Assembly (NCBI GenBank): GCA_963820825.1
Contig: CAWGBN010000006.1
Span: 416,001-480,000, forward strand
DNA: 64,000 bases
Source: Vulcanimicrobiota bacterium
GTDB lineage: Bacteria > Vulcanimicrobiota > Vulcanimicrobiia > Vulcanimicrobiales > Vulcanimicrobiaceae
Reading direction: 5' to 3'
Part shown: positions 1-10,944 of the stretch, in pieces
Layout: every line of letters starts with the position of its first letter
Numbering within the stretch: position 1 is the stretch's first letter
Position numbers and translations under genes: made by a program
Notes under the pieces: model-generated
The model's input: the letters and a program-made list of their open reading frames with translations, nothing else
Databases searched by the model: none
Told to the model about the DNA's origin: nothing

Positions 1-568
1 TCGCCGCCAGCGCGGCGACCGCGGCGGCGGGTGTGACGAGCGGGTCGACGGAGCGCACGACTATCCCGCGTTCGGCGAGTGCGTGGAGCACGTCCTTCGG
101 CGCCCCAACGACGTCGAGCGTAGGCGTTTCCAGGGCGCCCAGCACCCGATCGAGGACGTCGCCGATTCGTCCGGAGGCGCGCCGAATCTGCGATTTGCTG
201 CGATAACGCGCCGAGATGACGCCGGGCCGGCCGACGACGACGCCGAGCACGCGCTCGAAGTCCGCGCCGAACTCGAGAATATCGAAGGAATCGACCGGTA
301 CGAGCGGACGCTCCCAGGCTGCCGCGAGCGCCTTCGCGTAGGCGACGGCGATGCGCAAACCGGTGAATCCCCCGGGGCCCGTTCCCACCGCCAAGCGGTC
401 GATTTGCTGCGGCGCCACGCGCGCATCTGCGAGCACCTCGGAGACCAAAAGGAGGCCGCGTTCGAGCGCAATGGCGCCGGCTTCGTCGCGCGACGCCGCG
501 ATCTGCCCGTCGCGTGCGACGGCGGTCGAAAACGTGCCGAGCGCCCCGTCCAGGGCAAGAACGATCAC
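1..568 (-). CDS. tsaB: tRNA threonylcarbamoyladenosine biosynthesis protein TsaB (3' end outside window)
   Basis: Manual translation from GTG at 568, overlapping the tsaE stop: MIVLALDGALG...LAVGTGPGGFTGLRIAVAYAKALA, matching the TsaB GPGSFTGLR motif. Not in the ORF track because it is open at the window edge. Confidence 0.9.
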   Translation of the reverse strand, partial: MIVLALDGALGTFSTAVARDGQIAASRDEAGAIALERGLLLVSEVLADARVAPQQIDRLAVGTGPGGFTGLRIAVAYAKALAAAWERPLVPVDSFDILEFGADFERVLGVVVGRPGVISARYRSKSQIRRASGRIGDVLDRVLGALETPTLDVVGAPKDVLHALAERGIVVRSVDPLVTPAAAVAALAA

Positions 569-993
569 CGCTTTTGCCGAAGATACAGCACACGTGGTTC
601 GTCTCCGGCGCCTTCAATTTCGATTTCGTATCGCCGAGGCGGAATAGCCTCCGGCGCGTTGCGCCACCACTCGATCAGCGCGATCGACCGTCCGTCGAGG
701 GCCTCCTCGAGGCCCAACTCGGTCAATTCGCGCGGATCGTCGATGCGATAGAAGTCGATGTGCTCGATCGGCGGATCGCCGTCGTACCGGTGCCGAAACG
801 TGAAGCTGGGGCTGCAGCTTTGGTCGCTGCCGTGCAGCGCGCGCACGACCGCGCGAACGAAGGCGGTCTTGCCCGCGCCGAGCGGACCGCCGAGCGCGAC
901 GACGTCGCCGGGGCGGAGACGGCGCGCGAACTCGGCCGCGAATTTACCGAGGTCTTCTTCGGTGGGACAGTAGAGTCGAAGAGTGTCCTCCAT
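565..993 (-). CDS. tsaE: tRNA threonylcarbamoyladenosine biosynthesis ATPase TsaE
   Basis: GPLGAGKT Walker A, SPSF, HIDFYR and LIEW motifs; 142 aa; adjacent to tsaB. Confidence 0.95.
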   Translation of the reverse strand: MEDTLRLYCPTEEDLGKFAAEFARRLRPGDVVALGGPLGAGKTAFVRAVVRALHGSDQSCSPSFTFRHRYDGDPPIEHIDFYRIDDPRELTELGLEEALDGRSIALIEWWRNAPEAIPPRRYEIEIEGAGDEPRVLYLRQKR

Positions 994-1008
994 GAGTGCA
1001 GGTGATTA

Positions 1009-3513
1009 TTGAACAACGATATCGTAGCGCAGGTCAACGTCGAAGATGAAATGCGGGAGAGCTATCTCTCCTACGCAATGTCGGTCATTGCGTCGCGGGC
1101 GCTCCCCGATGTCCGCGACGGACTCAAGCCGGTACAGCGGCGGATCCTGTATGCGATGCGCGAGATGGGCATGGACCCGAGCAAGCAGCATCGCAAGTGC
1201 GCCGGTATCATCGGCGAGGTGCTCAAGAGCTACCATCCTCACGGCGATACCTCCGTCTACGATGCGCTGGTGCGCATGGCCCAAGATTTCACCCTGCGCT
1301 ATCCGCTGGTCGACGGCCACGGCAACTTCGGATCGATCGACCCCGATCCGCCGGCGGCCTACCGTTACACCGAGGCGCGGCTGGCGCGTACCGCGCTCGA
1401 CGTCTTGGCCGATATCGATAAAGAGACGGTTCCGTTCGTTGCGAACTTCGACAATCAGGGCGTCGAGCCAAGCGTGCTGCCGGGGCGTCTTCCGCAACTG
1501 CTGGTCAACGGATCGAGCGGCATCGCGGTGGGAATGGCTACGAACATTCCGCCGCACAACCTCAACGAGATCTCCGACGCGATCGTTGCGCTGATCGACG
1601 AACCGAATACCGACGACGACGCGCTCTGCGCGATCGTGCAAGGCCCCGATTTTCCGACCGGCGGAACGATCTTGGGTCACGAGGCGATTCGCGAAGCCTA
1701 TAAGACCGGGCGCGGTTCGATCACGATTCGCGGTAAGGCGGAGATCGTCGAAGAACGCGGCAAGCACAAGATCATCATCACCGAGATCCCCTACCAGGTG
1801 TACAAGGGACGAATCATCGAGGCGATCTCGGAAGCGTACGCCGAGAAGCGAATCGTCGGCATAGCGCGCATGGACGACGAGTCGAATCGCAAGGGAATGC
1901 GCGTCGTCATCGAGCTGCAACGCAGCGCGACGCCGAAGATCGTGCTCAATCAGCTCTTCAAGCACACGCCGCTGCAGGCAACCTTCGGCTTCAACATGCT
2001 CGCGCTCGTCCCGGTAGGTCCGCCGCGTTCCAACGGAACCGTCGCGATCGAACCGCAGGTCCTTACGCTCAAGCAGCTCCTCGAGCATTTCATCGCGCAT
2101 CGCAAGGACGTCGTTACGCGGCGTACCGCGTACGATCTGCGCAAGGCCGAGGAGCGCGCACATCTGCTCGAAGGCTATCGGATCGCGCTCGACAACATCG
2201 ACGAGGTCATCGAGATCGTTCGCGGCAGTCAAACGACCGACGAAGCGAAAGAACGCCTCTCGAAACGGTTCGGCTTGAGCGAGGTTCAGGCGCAGGCGAT
2301 CGTCGACATGCGGCTGCGAACGCTCGTCGGCCTCGAACGCAAGAAGATCGAAGACGAGTACGCCGAGCTGATCAGGACGATCGCGGAGCTGCAAGACATC
2401 CTGCGCAGCCCGCGGCGCATCGCCGGGATCGTCAAGACCGAGACGCTCGAGGTCAAGAAGCGTTTCGGCGACGAGCGCCGCACCAGCGTCGAGCCGGCCG
2501 AAGACGAGATTTCGATCGAATCGATCACGCCGAATATCGACGTCGTGGTCACCTATACCGTCGGCGGCTACATCAAGCGCGTCACGGTCGACACCTTCCG
2601 CACCCAGAGCCGGGGCGGGCGTGGAGTGACTGGAATTTCGAACCTCAAGCGCGAGGACGTCGTGCGTAACTTTTTCATGACCAAGACGCACGACCACGTG
2701 CTCTTCTTTACGAACAAGGGCCGGGTCTACCGTCTGCGCGGCTACGAGATTCCCGATACGACGCGTCAAGCGCGCGGAACCGCGCTCGTCAATCTGCTCA
2801 CCCTGCCGCCGGGCGAAGAGGTCACGGCCGTCTTCCCGATCGATCGCTTCGAGGGGGAACGCTATCTGGTGATGGTCACCAAACGCGGAATCATCAAGAA
2901 ATCGAAGCTCGAAGATTTCGCCAACGTTCGCCGCAACGGGCTGATCGCGATCAATCTCGACGAGGGCGACGAGTTGCTCGCCGTCGATCTCTCCGATGGC
3001 TCGCGCGACATCATTCTCGGATCGACGCAAGGCATGGCCGTGCATTTCAACGAGAAGGACGTGCGACCGATGGGGCGCGCCGCGCGCGGCGTCAAAGCGA
3101 TGACGCTCGAAAAAGGCGATACGATCATCGCCATGGACGTGGTCGAGGATGAGCGGCGCGAGGTGCTGCTCGTCACGTCGCTTGCCTTCGGCAAACGCAC
3201 CCCGATCGAGGATTACCGTCACACCGCGCGCGGCGGCAAGGGCGTCAAGGCCTTCGCGCGCCAGCGCGACGATATCGGCCAGGTCGTCGATCAGATCCTC
3301 GTCGCACCCGACGATCAGGTCCTAATGATCACCTCGGGCAACCAAGTCATCCGCCTCCAAGTCCGCGAGATTCGCAAGACGGGACGCGACGCCAAGGGCG
3401 TCCGGCTCCAGCGCTTAGGAGAAGGAGACGAGGTTATCGCCATAACGAATCTGGGCAAGCAGGCCAAGCAGATCACCGAGATCACTGGCGAGCCGCAACA
3501 AACCGAGCTCTAG
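1009..3513 (+). CDS. gyrA: DNA gyrase subunit A
   Basis: [22 protein letters not shown], catalytic RYTEAR, GyrA-box-like QSRGGRG, C-terminal pinwheel repeats. TTG start after AGGTGA. Confidence 0.97.
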   Translation: MNNDIVAQVNVEDEMRESYLSYAMSVIASRALPDVRDGLKPVQRRILYAMREMGMDPSKQHRKCAGIIGEVLKSYHPHGDTSVYDALVRMAQDFTLRYPLVDGHGNFGSIDPDPPAAYRYTEARLARTALDVLADIDKETVPFVANFDNQGVEPSVLPGRLPQLLVNGSSGIAVGMATNIPPHNLNEISDAIVALIDEPNTDDDALCAIVQGPDFPTGGTILGHEAIREAYKTGRGSITIRGKAEIVEERGKHKIIITEIPYQVYKGRIIEAISEAYAEKRIVGIARMDDESNRKGMRVVIELQRSATPKIVLNQLFKHTPLQATFGFNMLALVPVGPPRSNGTVAIEPQVLTLKQLLEHFIAHRKDVVTRRTAYDLRKAEERAHLLEGYRIALDNIDEVIEIVRGSQTTDEAKERLSKRFGLSEVQAQAIVDMRLRTLVGLERKKIEDEYAELIRTIAELQDILRSPRRIAGIVKTETLEVKKRFGDERRTSVEPAEDEISIESITPNIDVVVTYTVGGYIKRVTVDTFRTQSRGGRGVTGISNLKREDVVRNFFMTKTHDHVLFFTNKGRVYRLRGYEIPDTTRQARGTALVNLLTLPPGEEVTAVFPIDRFEGERYLVMVTKRGIIKKSKLEDFANVRRNGLIAINLDEGDELLAVDLSDGSRDIILGSTQGMAVHFNEKDVRPMGRAARGVKAMTLEKGDTIIAMDVVEDERREVLLVTSLAFGKRTPIEDYRHTARGGKGVKAFARQRDDIGQVVDQILVAPDDQVLMITSGNQVIRLQVREIRKTGRDAKGVRLQRLGEGDEVIAITNLGKQAKQITEITGEPQQTEL

Positions 3514-3529
3514 GAGTGTTAGAAAAACC

Positions 3530-3856
3530 ATGAGTGCATTACCCGACGTTACGCAGACGAACTTCGAAACCGAGGTGCTTCAGAACGCCCAGCCGGTGCT
3601 CGTCGATTTTTGGGCACCGTGGTGCGGCCCGTGCCGCATGCTTTCGCCGATCGTCGAAAAGGTCGCCGCGGCGCATGCCGGCAAAGCCAAGTTCGTCAAG
3701 CTGAACACCGACGAGAATCCAACTCTTGCCGGCCAATATCAGGTCTCGGGTATTCCGTGCTTGATTCTCTTTAAGGGCGGGCAGCCGGTCGACCGAATCG
3801 TCGGATACGTTCCCGAAAACACCGTGACGTCGATGCTCTCCAAACACGTGGCGTGA
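3530..3856 (+). CDS. trxA: Thioredoxin
   Basis: WCGPC active site; 108 aa. Confidence 0.97.
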   Translation: MSALPDVTQTNFETEVLQNAQPVLVDFWAPWCGPCRMLSPIVEKVAAAHAGKAKFVKLNTDENPTLAGQYQVSGIPCLILFKGGQPVDRIVGYVPENTVTSMLSKHVA

Positions 3857-5187
3857 AATCGATCCCGGCCATGCATACGGTGCTGGCCGATGACCGAATC
3901 GTGCCATATGAGGCCCTACTGGGAAGGAACGTAGTACGGCGCGCGGCCGACGAAGTATTCGGCCGCGTGCGTGCTTCCGATGCGGGCGAAACGTACGACG
4001 GAATCGTCGGCAAGCTCGAGTGCCGCTTGGAGGCGCTCCGCCGCGAGACGCTGCTCCCGGTCATCAACGCAACCGGCATCATACTCCATACGAATCTCGG
4101 GCGCGCGCCGTTGGCAACCGAAGCGCTCGCGGCGGTCGTGGAATTGGCCCGCGGTTATTCGAATCTCGAATACGATCTGCAGCGCGGCGAGCGCGGCTCG
4201 CGATACGCCCGCGCTTCGACGGCGATTGCAGAGATCGCCGGCGCGCAAGACGCACTCGTCGTCAACAACTGCGCCGCCGCCGTGCTGCTCGTTCTCGATA
4301 CCTTCGCCAAGGGACGCGAAGTCGTCGTCGCGCGCAACCAGCTCGTCGAGATCGGCGGCGGCTTTCGCATTCCCGAAGTGCTCGAGCGAAGCGGCGCGAC
4401 GCTCGTCGAAGTCGGGACGACTAATCGCGTTTACGTCGAAGATTTTGAACGAGCCCTCTCGCCGCGCACGGCGTTGCTGCTGCGAACGCATCCGTCAAAC
4501 TATCGCATGGAAGGCTTCATCCACGACGCTTCGGCGCGCGAGCTCGTCGAGCTCGGACGCCGAGCCGGCGTGCCGGTCGTCGAGGATCTCGGCAGCGGCG
4601 CGCTCGTCGATCTCGGGCGCTACGGCATCGCGCACGAGCGCACCGCGCAAGAGGTGCTCGCCGACGGAATCGGGCTCGTTACGTTCTCCGGCGATAAGCT
4701 GCTCGGTGGGCCGCAGGCGGGCATCATCGCCGGTACGTCGCAGCTCGTGGCACCCGTCAAGAACAACCCGCTGCTGCGCGCACTGCGCGTCGGAAAGATG
4801 ACGCTCGCCGCTCTCGCGGCGACGCTGGAACTCTACCGCAACGGCACGGAGGCGGAACGCCTGCCCATCTATCGCATGCTCGCCGCCACAACCCAGGAGT
4901 TGCGCGATCGCGCACGCGCCTATCTCGATGCGATCCCGACCGCATCGATCGTCGAGAGCGTCGCGTACGTCGGCGGTGGGGCGCTGGCGCAAGAGCGCTT
5001 GGACTCGATTGCCGTCGCGGTCGAAGCGGAGTATCCGGACGAGCTCGCCGCGCGCCTGCGCGAACAGGTTCTGCCGGTCATCGCCCGCATCGAGGAGTCG
5101 CGCTTACTGCTCGATCTGCGCACGATCGCGCCCGAAGAGGACCCCGTCGCGATCGCCGCGCTCGAAAGAGTCGTGTCGTCCGCGTAA
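3853..5187 (+). CDS. selA: L-seryl-tRNA(Sec) selenium transferase
   Basis: VINATGIILHTNLGRAP, VVNNCAAA, EIGGGFRIP, EDLGSG, SGDKLLGGPQAG motifs. GTGA overlap with trxA. Confidence 0.96.
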   Translation: MKSIPAMHTVLADDRIVPYEALLGRNVVRRAADEVFGRVRASDAGETYDGIVGKLECRLEALRRETLLPVINATGIILHTNLGRAPLATEALAAVVELARGYSNLEYDLQRGERGSRYARASTAIAEIAGAQDALVVNNCAAAVLLVLDTFAKGREVVVARNQLVEIGGGFRIPEVLERSGATLVEVGTTNRVYVEDFERALSPRTALLLRTHPSNYRMEGFIHDASARELVELGRRAGVPVVEDLGSGALVDLGRYGIAHERTAQEVLADGIGLVTFSGDKLLGGPQAGIIAGTSQLVAPVKNNPLLRALRVGKMTLAALAATLELYRNGTEAERLPIYRMLAATTQELRDRARAYLDAIPTASIVESVAYVGGGALAQERLDSIAVAVEAEYPDELAARLREQVLPVIARIEESRLLLDLRTIAPEEDPVAIAALERVVSSA

Positions 5188-5191
5188 CGCG

Positions 5192-6076
5192 ATGCCCGAG
5201 CTCCCCGACATCGCGGCGTATATCGCCGCGCTCGAACCGCGCATCGTTGGCAAGCCGTTGCAGCGCGCCCGCTTTAACGGAATCGCGCTGCTGCGCACGG
5301 CGACCCCGCCGGCCTCAGCGGCCGAAGGACGCACGGTGCGCGAGATTCGGCGGATCGGAAAGCGGATCGCAATCGGCCTCGAGGGCGACATCTGGCTCGT
5401 GCTGCATCTGATGATCGCCGGACGTCTGCATTGGCGTCCGCCCGGCGCGAAGCTCGGCGGCCGCAATATGCTCGCCGCGTTCGATTTCCCCGACGGGTCG
5501 CTCGTGCTCACCGAGGCCGGCAGCAAACGGCGGGCTTCGCTGCACCTCGTCGCGGCAGAAGCCGCTCTCGACGAGATCGATCGCGGCGGCATCGACGTCT
5601 TCGAGTGCGATCTCGATGCGTTCGTGCGCGCGATGAGCGCGGAGAATCATACGCTGAAACGCGCGTTGACCGATCCGCGCATCGTCGACGGCATCGGCAA
5701 CGCTTACTCCGACGAGATCCTTCACGCCGCCCGGCTCTCGCCGATCGCAATGACGTCGAAGCTGACTCCCGACGAATGGGAGCGGCTCTTCGACGCAACT
5801 CGCGCGACGCTGCGCGAGTGGATCGACCGGCTCGTCGCACAGACGGCCAAGGATTTTCCCGAAGGCGTTACCGCCTTCCGCGACGGCATGGCCGTCCACG
5901 GTCGTTACGGGAAGTTGTGTCCGGTCTGCGGCGATACGGTGCGGCGCATCCGGTATGCCGATAACGAGACGAACTACTGCCCGCGCTGCCAGACCGGCGG
6001 CAGAGTGCTCGCCGACCGTGCTCTATCCCGTCTGGGCATCAATCCGCTGCGAAGCAAACCGGCCGCCCCGCAATGA
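5192..6076 (+). CDS. Fpg/Nei family DNA glycosylase
   Basis: N-terminal MPELPD (start moved to 5192), HLMIAG, H2TH GIGNAYSDEILH, C-terminal CPVC...CPRCQ zinc finger. Confidence 0.92.
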   Translation: MPELPDIAAYIAALEPRIVGKPLQRARFNGIALLRTATPPASAAEGRTVREIRRIGKRIAIGLEGDIWLVLHLMIAGRLHWRPPGAKLGGRNMLAAFDFPDGSLVLTEAGSKRRASLHLVAAEAALDEIDRGGIDVFECDLDAFVRAMSAENHTLKRALTDPRIVDGIGNAYSDEILHAARLSPIAMTSKLTPDEWERLFDATRATLREWIDRLVAQTAKDFPEGVTAFRDGMAVHGRYGKLCPVCGDTVRRIRYADNETNYCPRCQTGGRVLADRALSRLGINPLRSKPAAPQ

Positions 6077-6204
6077 GTGTCGCCGGCGAGGGACGCCGCA
6101 TCGTTGCTTCGACGATCGGCGACTCGAGGAGTAATCACAACCATCTCCGCCTGACGCGTATCATGCGTTCGCTCGAACGTTCCACTTTTGGAAGGATGCC
6201 GTAG
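6073..6204 (+). pseudogene. Probable relic of an opioid-growth-factor-receptor (OGFr)-like domain gene
   Basis: 43-aa ORF contains NHNHLRLTRIMRSL, resembling the recalled OGFr motif HNHLRITRILKSL. An adjacent frame gives TFHFWKDAV. Confidence 0.5.
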
Positions 6205-6237
6205 AATCGTAGCGATCCCCGTTGCGACGATCCCGGA

Positions 6238-6648
6238 CTAGCCCTTACGGCAGAGCGGCTCCATCGGTGACGGCGATGCCATCGGCAGGGTAACTTCCCA
6301 CGTCTTGCCCTTAGACTCGACCTCGAACTTGTGCGGGATCGGGAGTTGGAAGGTTGGGCTTACGACGGCGCACTTGTAGGCCGTTTTCCCGGTGCAGGGC
6401 GAAGACGGCGGAAGCTGCTCGACGATAAAAGACCGGTGTAACTGCGAGTTCATCGCCAGCGTCCGGATACGGGCCGCGTCGCATTGTTGCGGAAGCGTTA
6501 CGTAGGCCTGGATGACGAAGGTCGACTTGCTGGTAATGCCGGCGTTGACGCTCGTCGCAGTCGCGGGTTGCCACGACGGCGTGGCGGCGGCGGCGAGCGC
6601 GGGCGGAAGAACGAATAGCGCGAGCGCTGCTAGACGAAGATAACGCAT
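6238..6648 (-). CDS. Secreted hypothetical protein
   Basis: Signal peptide MRYLRLAALALFVLPPALAAA; AGGAGG upstream; four Cys. Confidence 0.7.
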   Translation of the reverse strand: MRYLRLAALALFVLPPALAAAATPSWQPATATSVNAGITSKSTFVIQAYVTLPQQCDAARIRTLAMNSQLHRSFIVEQLPPSSPCTGKTAYKCAVVSPTFQLPIPHKFEVESKGKTWEVTLPMASPSPMEPLCRKG

Positions 6649-6698
6649 AGTTCAGGTACCTCCTATTGCCGGGATGGATTCGCCATGGGCCCGCTCGG

Positions 6699-8231
6699 TT
6701 ACTCGCGGAACCACCCCGAGGGTTCGACGTCGAGATTGACGTTGATCTGCTTGACTTCGGTGTAGGCGTCGTAACCGTACGTTCCGAGCTCGCGGCCGAT
6801 GCCCGATTGCTTGTACCCGCCCCACGGCGCTTCGTTGTAGGTTGGATGGTAGGTGTTGATCCACGTGATTCCGGCGCGCATCTTGCGAATGACGCGATGC
6901 GCTTTGGCGATGTTGGTGGTAAAGACTGCGCCGGCCAGACCGTAGATCGTGTCGTTTGCCAACGCGACCGCCTCGGCTTCGTCTTCGAACGTTTGCACGA
7001 CCAGGACCGGCCCAAAAATCTCTTCCTGAACGATGCGCATGTCGCGTGAAGTCTGGTCGAAAATCGTAGGAGCGATGAAGTTTCCCTCGGCGAGCGCGCC
7101 GCCGAGCCGATTGCCGCCGCAGAGCAGCTTTGCGCCTTCCTCGCGTCCGGTTTCGATATAGGCCTCGACGCGCTCGCGGTGGACCGGCGAGATGATCGGT
7201 CCCATCTCGCTTGCCGGATCGAACCCGTCACCGACGCGAATCTTCTTCGCGCGCTCGACGAGCCGTTCGACGAACCGATCGTGCAGCGGGCGCTCGAGAA
7301 TGAGCCGCGACCCGGCCGAGCAGACCTGTCCCGCGTTGGCGAAGATCCCGAAGAGCGCGTAGTCGACGGCCGTCTCGAAGTCGGCGTCGGCAAAGACGAC
7401 GTTCGGCGACTTACCGCCGAGCTCGAGCGAGATTTTCTTCAGGTTGGTCGTCGCATCGCGCATGATGCTGCGTCCGGTCTTGGTACCGCCGGTGAAGGCG
7501 ATCTTGTCGACGAGCTCGCTCGCCGCGATCGCGTGACCGACGACCGCGCCCGCGCCGAGCACGATGTTGACGACGCCGGGCGGAAACTCCAGCTCTTGGA
7601 AGATCGTCGCTAAGCGAATCACCGAGAGCGGCGTGAGCTCCGCGGGCTTGAGAATGCAGACGTTGCCGGCGGCCAGCGCCGGAGCGAGCTTCCACGTCGC
7701 CATCAGCAGCGGATAGTTCCACGGAACGATCTGTCCGCAGACGCCGATCGGCTCGCGCACGGTGAAGGTCTGCGAGGGCGCCGGCACGTCGAAGGTCTGT
7801 CCGTGCGGCTTGGTCGCGAGGCCGGCGTAATAGCGAAAGCAATTGGCCGCGTCGACCGCGTCGTACTCGGTTTCGCGCAGCGGTTTGCCGTTGTTGAGCG
7901 TGTCGATCCGCATGAACTCGTCGCGGTGCGCGTCGATTGCGTCGGCGACTTTAAAGAGCAGCGCCGCGCGGTCGGCGGCCGAGAGCGAGGTCCACGGTCC
8001 GCCGTCAAAGGCTCGACGCGCCGCGGCAATCGCCGCTTCGGCGTCGGCCGCCGTTCCCTCAGCGACGGTCGCGACCGGCCGGCCGTTGGCCGGATTGAGC
8101 AGCTCGCGCGTTCCATGGTCGCCGGCAAGGCGCCAATCGCCGCCGACGTACATCGGGATCACGCCGTTGATGCGCGGCAGATTGCGAAGGACTTCTTCGG
8201 CGTTCACGTCGGGATGCGTCGTCGTTTGCAT
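6699..8231 (-). CDS. NAD-dependent aldehyde dehydrogenase (aminoaldehyde/betaine-aldehyde-like; probable 4-aminobutyraldehyde dehydrogenase by context)
   Basis: PWNYP, ELGGKSP, GQVCSAG, EEIFGPV motifs. ATG at 8231 directly after the patA stop. Confidence 0.9.
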   Translation of the reverse strand: MQTTTHPDVNAEEVLRNLPRINGVIPMYVGGDWRLAGDHGTRELLNPANGRPVATVAEGTAADAEAAIAAARRAFDGGPWTSLSAADRAALLFKVADAIDAHRDEFMRIDTLNNGKPLRETEYDAVDAANCFRYYAGLATKPHGQTFDVPAPSQTFTVREPIGVCGQIVPWNYPLLMATWKLAPALAAGNVCILKPAELTPLSVIRLATIFQELEFPPGVVNIVLGAGAVVGHAIAASELVDKIAFTGGTKTGRSIMRDATTNLKKISLELGGKSPNVVFADADFETAVDYALFGIFANAGQVCSAGSRLILERPLHDRFVERLVERAKKIRVGDGFDPASEMGPIISPVHRERVEAYIETGREEGAKLLCGGNRLGGALAEGNFIAPTIFDQTSRDMRIVQEEIFGPVLVVQTFEDEAEAVALANDTIYGLAGAVFTTNIAKAHRVIRKMRAGITWINTYHPTYNEAPWGGYKQSGIGRELGTYGYDAYTEVKQINVNLDVEPSGWFRE

Positions 8232-8232
8232 T

Positions 8233-9621
<1,389 letters not shown>

Positions 9622-10896
9622 TCACCTCGTAAAAACGTCGTGCAGACTCTTTTGAAGAATGGCGAGCCCCTCTGAGAGCTCCTCGTCGGTGGCGACGAGC
9701 GGGACGAGAATGCGAATCACGTTGCGCTTGCCGGCCATCAGCAGCAGCAATCCGCGCTCGCGGGCGGCCTCGACGATCTCCGGCGCACCCGAGGATAGCT
9801 CGATCGCAAGCATCGCGCCGAGTCCGCGCACGTCCTCGATCTGCGGAAACTCGCGCTGCATGGCGCGTAGTGCCGAGCCGATGCGCTCTCCCATCGCGCG
9901 GGCGCGCGCCAAGAACGCATCGTCGATCGTCTCGAAGACCTTCAGCGCCGCGGCGCAGGCGACCGGATTTCCGGCGAACGTTCCGCCCAGGCCGCCGGGC
10001 TCCGGCGCGTCCATAATCTCGGATTTTCCGACCACGCCCGCGAGCGGCAGGCCGCCGCCGATCGATTTCGCGACCGCGACGAGATCGGGTTCGATGCCGT
10101 ACTGCTCCGACGCGAAGAACGTGCCGGTGCGGCCGAATCCCGTCTGAATCTCGTCGGCGATCAACAGGATGCCGCGTTCCTCGGTGATGCGCCGCAGCTC
10201 GGGCAAGAAATCGCGCGGCGCCGGTACGAAGCCGCCTTCACCGAGAACCGGCTCGACGATTACGGCGGCGACGCGATCGGGAGCGACCACCGCCGAAAAG
10301 AGCTCGTCCAGGGCCTCGAGCGCGCGAGCCGTCGTCATGCCGTGATGCTCGTACGGAAACGGCGTATGGTAAATCTCGCTGCAGAAGGGTCCGAAGTGCT
10401 GCTTGTACGGCTCGTTCTTCCCCGTCATCGAGAGCGCGAGCAGCGTGCGGCCGTGGTAGCCGTGGGTAAAGGCGACGATTGCGGGACGGCGCGTGTATTC
10501 GCGTGCGATCTTGACCGCGTTCTCGGTCGCTTCGGCTCCGGTCGAGAGCAGCAGCGTCTTTTTCGGCGACGGCCCCGGGGCCCGGCGGTTCAGCTCTTCG
10601 GCGACCCGGACGTACGGTTCGTACATGGCCACTTGAAAGCAGAGGTGCGTGAACCGCGCCGCCTGTTCGGCGATCGCCGCGACAATCTCGGGGTGCGCGT
10701 GTCCGGTATTGAGCGTGCCGATGCCCCCGATAAAGTCCAAGTAGCGGCGGCCGTCCTCGTCCCAAAGGGTCGCGCCGCTCGCGCGCTCGACCCAGATCGG
10801 ATGCGCGGTCGCGACGCCACGCGCGACGCTCTCGCGGCGGCGTTGCGCCAGGGAGCTGTCGGCGACGGGAATTGAGGGTTTTTCGCGTACGGTCAT
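9622..10896 (-). CDS. gabT: 4-aminobutyrate--2-oxoglutarate transaminase (GabT/PuuE family)
   Basis: LDFIGGIGTLNTGH, TGAEATENAVKIAR, EPVLGEGGF, DEIQTGFGRTG, GGLGGTFAGNP. Confidence 0.9.
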   Translation of the reverse strand: MTVREKPSIPVADSSLAQRRRESVARGVATAHPIWVERASGATLWDEDGRRYLDFIGGIGTLNTGHAHPEIVAAIAEQAARFTHLCFQVAMYEPYVRVAEELNRRAPGPSPKKTLLLSTGAEATENAVKIAREYTRRPAIVAFTHGYHGRTLLALSMTGKNEPYKQHFGPFCSEIYHTPFPYEHHGMTTARALEALDELFSAVVAPDRVAAVIVEPVLGEGGFVPAPRDFLPELRRITEERGILLIADEIQTGFGRTGTFFASEQYGIEPDLVAVAKSIGGGLPLAGVVGKSEIMDAPEPGGLGGTFAGNPVACAAALKVFETIDDAFLARARAMGERIGSALRAMQREFPQIEDVRGLGAMLAIELSSGAPEIVEAARERGLLLLMAGKRNVIRILVPLVATDEELSEGLAILQKSLHDVFTR

Positions 10897-10944
10897 GGTG
10901 GGGCGAGGAAAGCCTATTCGGCGAGTTTAACGCCCCTCTTCTTT

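Noticed and set aside
1006..3222. Long antisense ORFs (also 11596-13380, 26221-28152, 30642-32462, 18909-20450)
   Set aside because: Shadow ORFs opposite well-supported genes in high-GC DNA, with no recognisable motifs.
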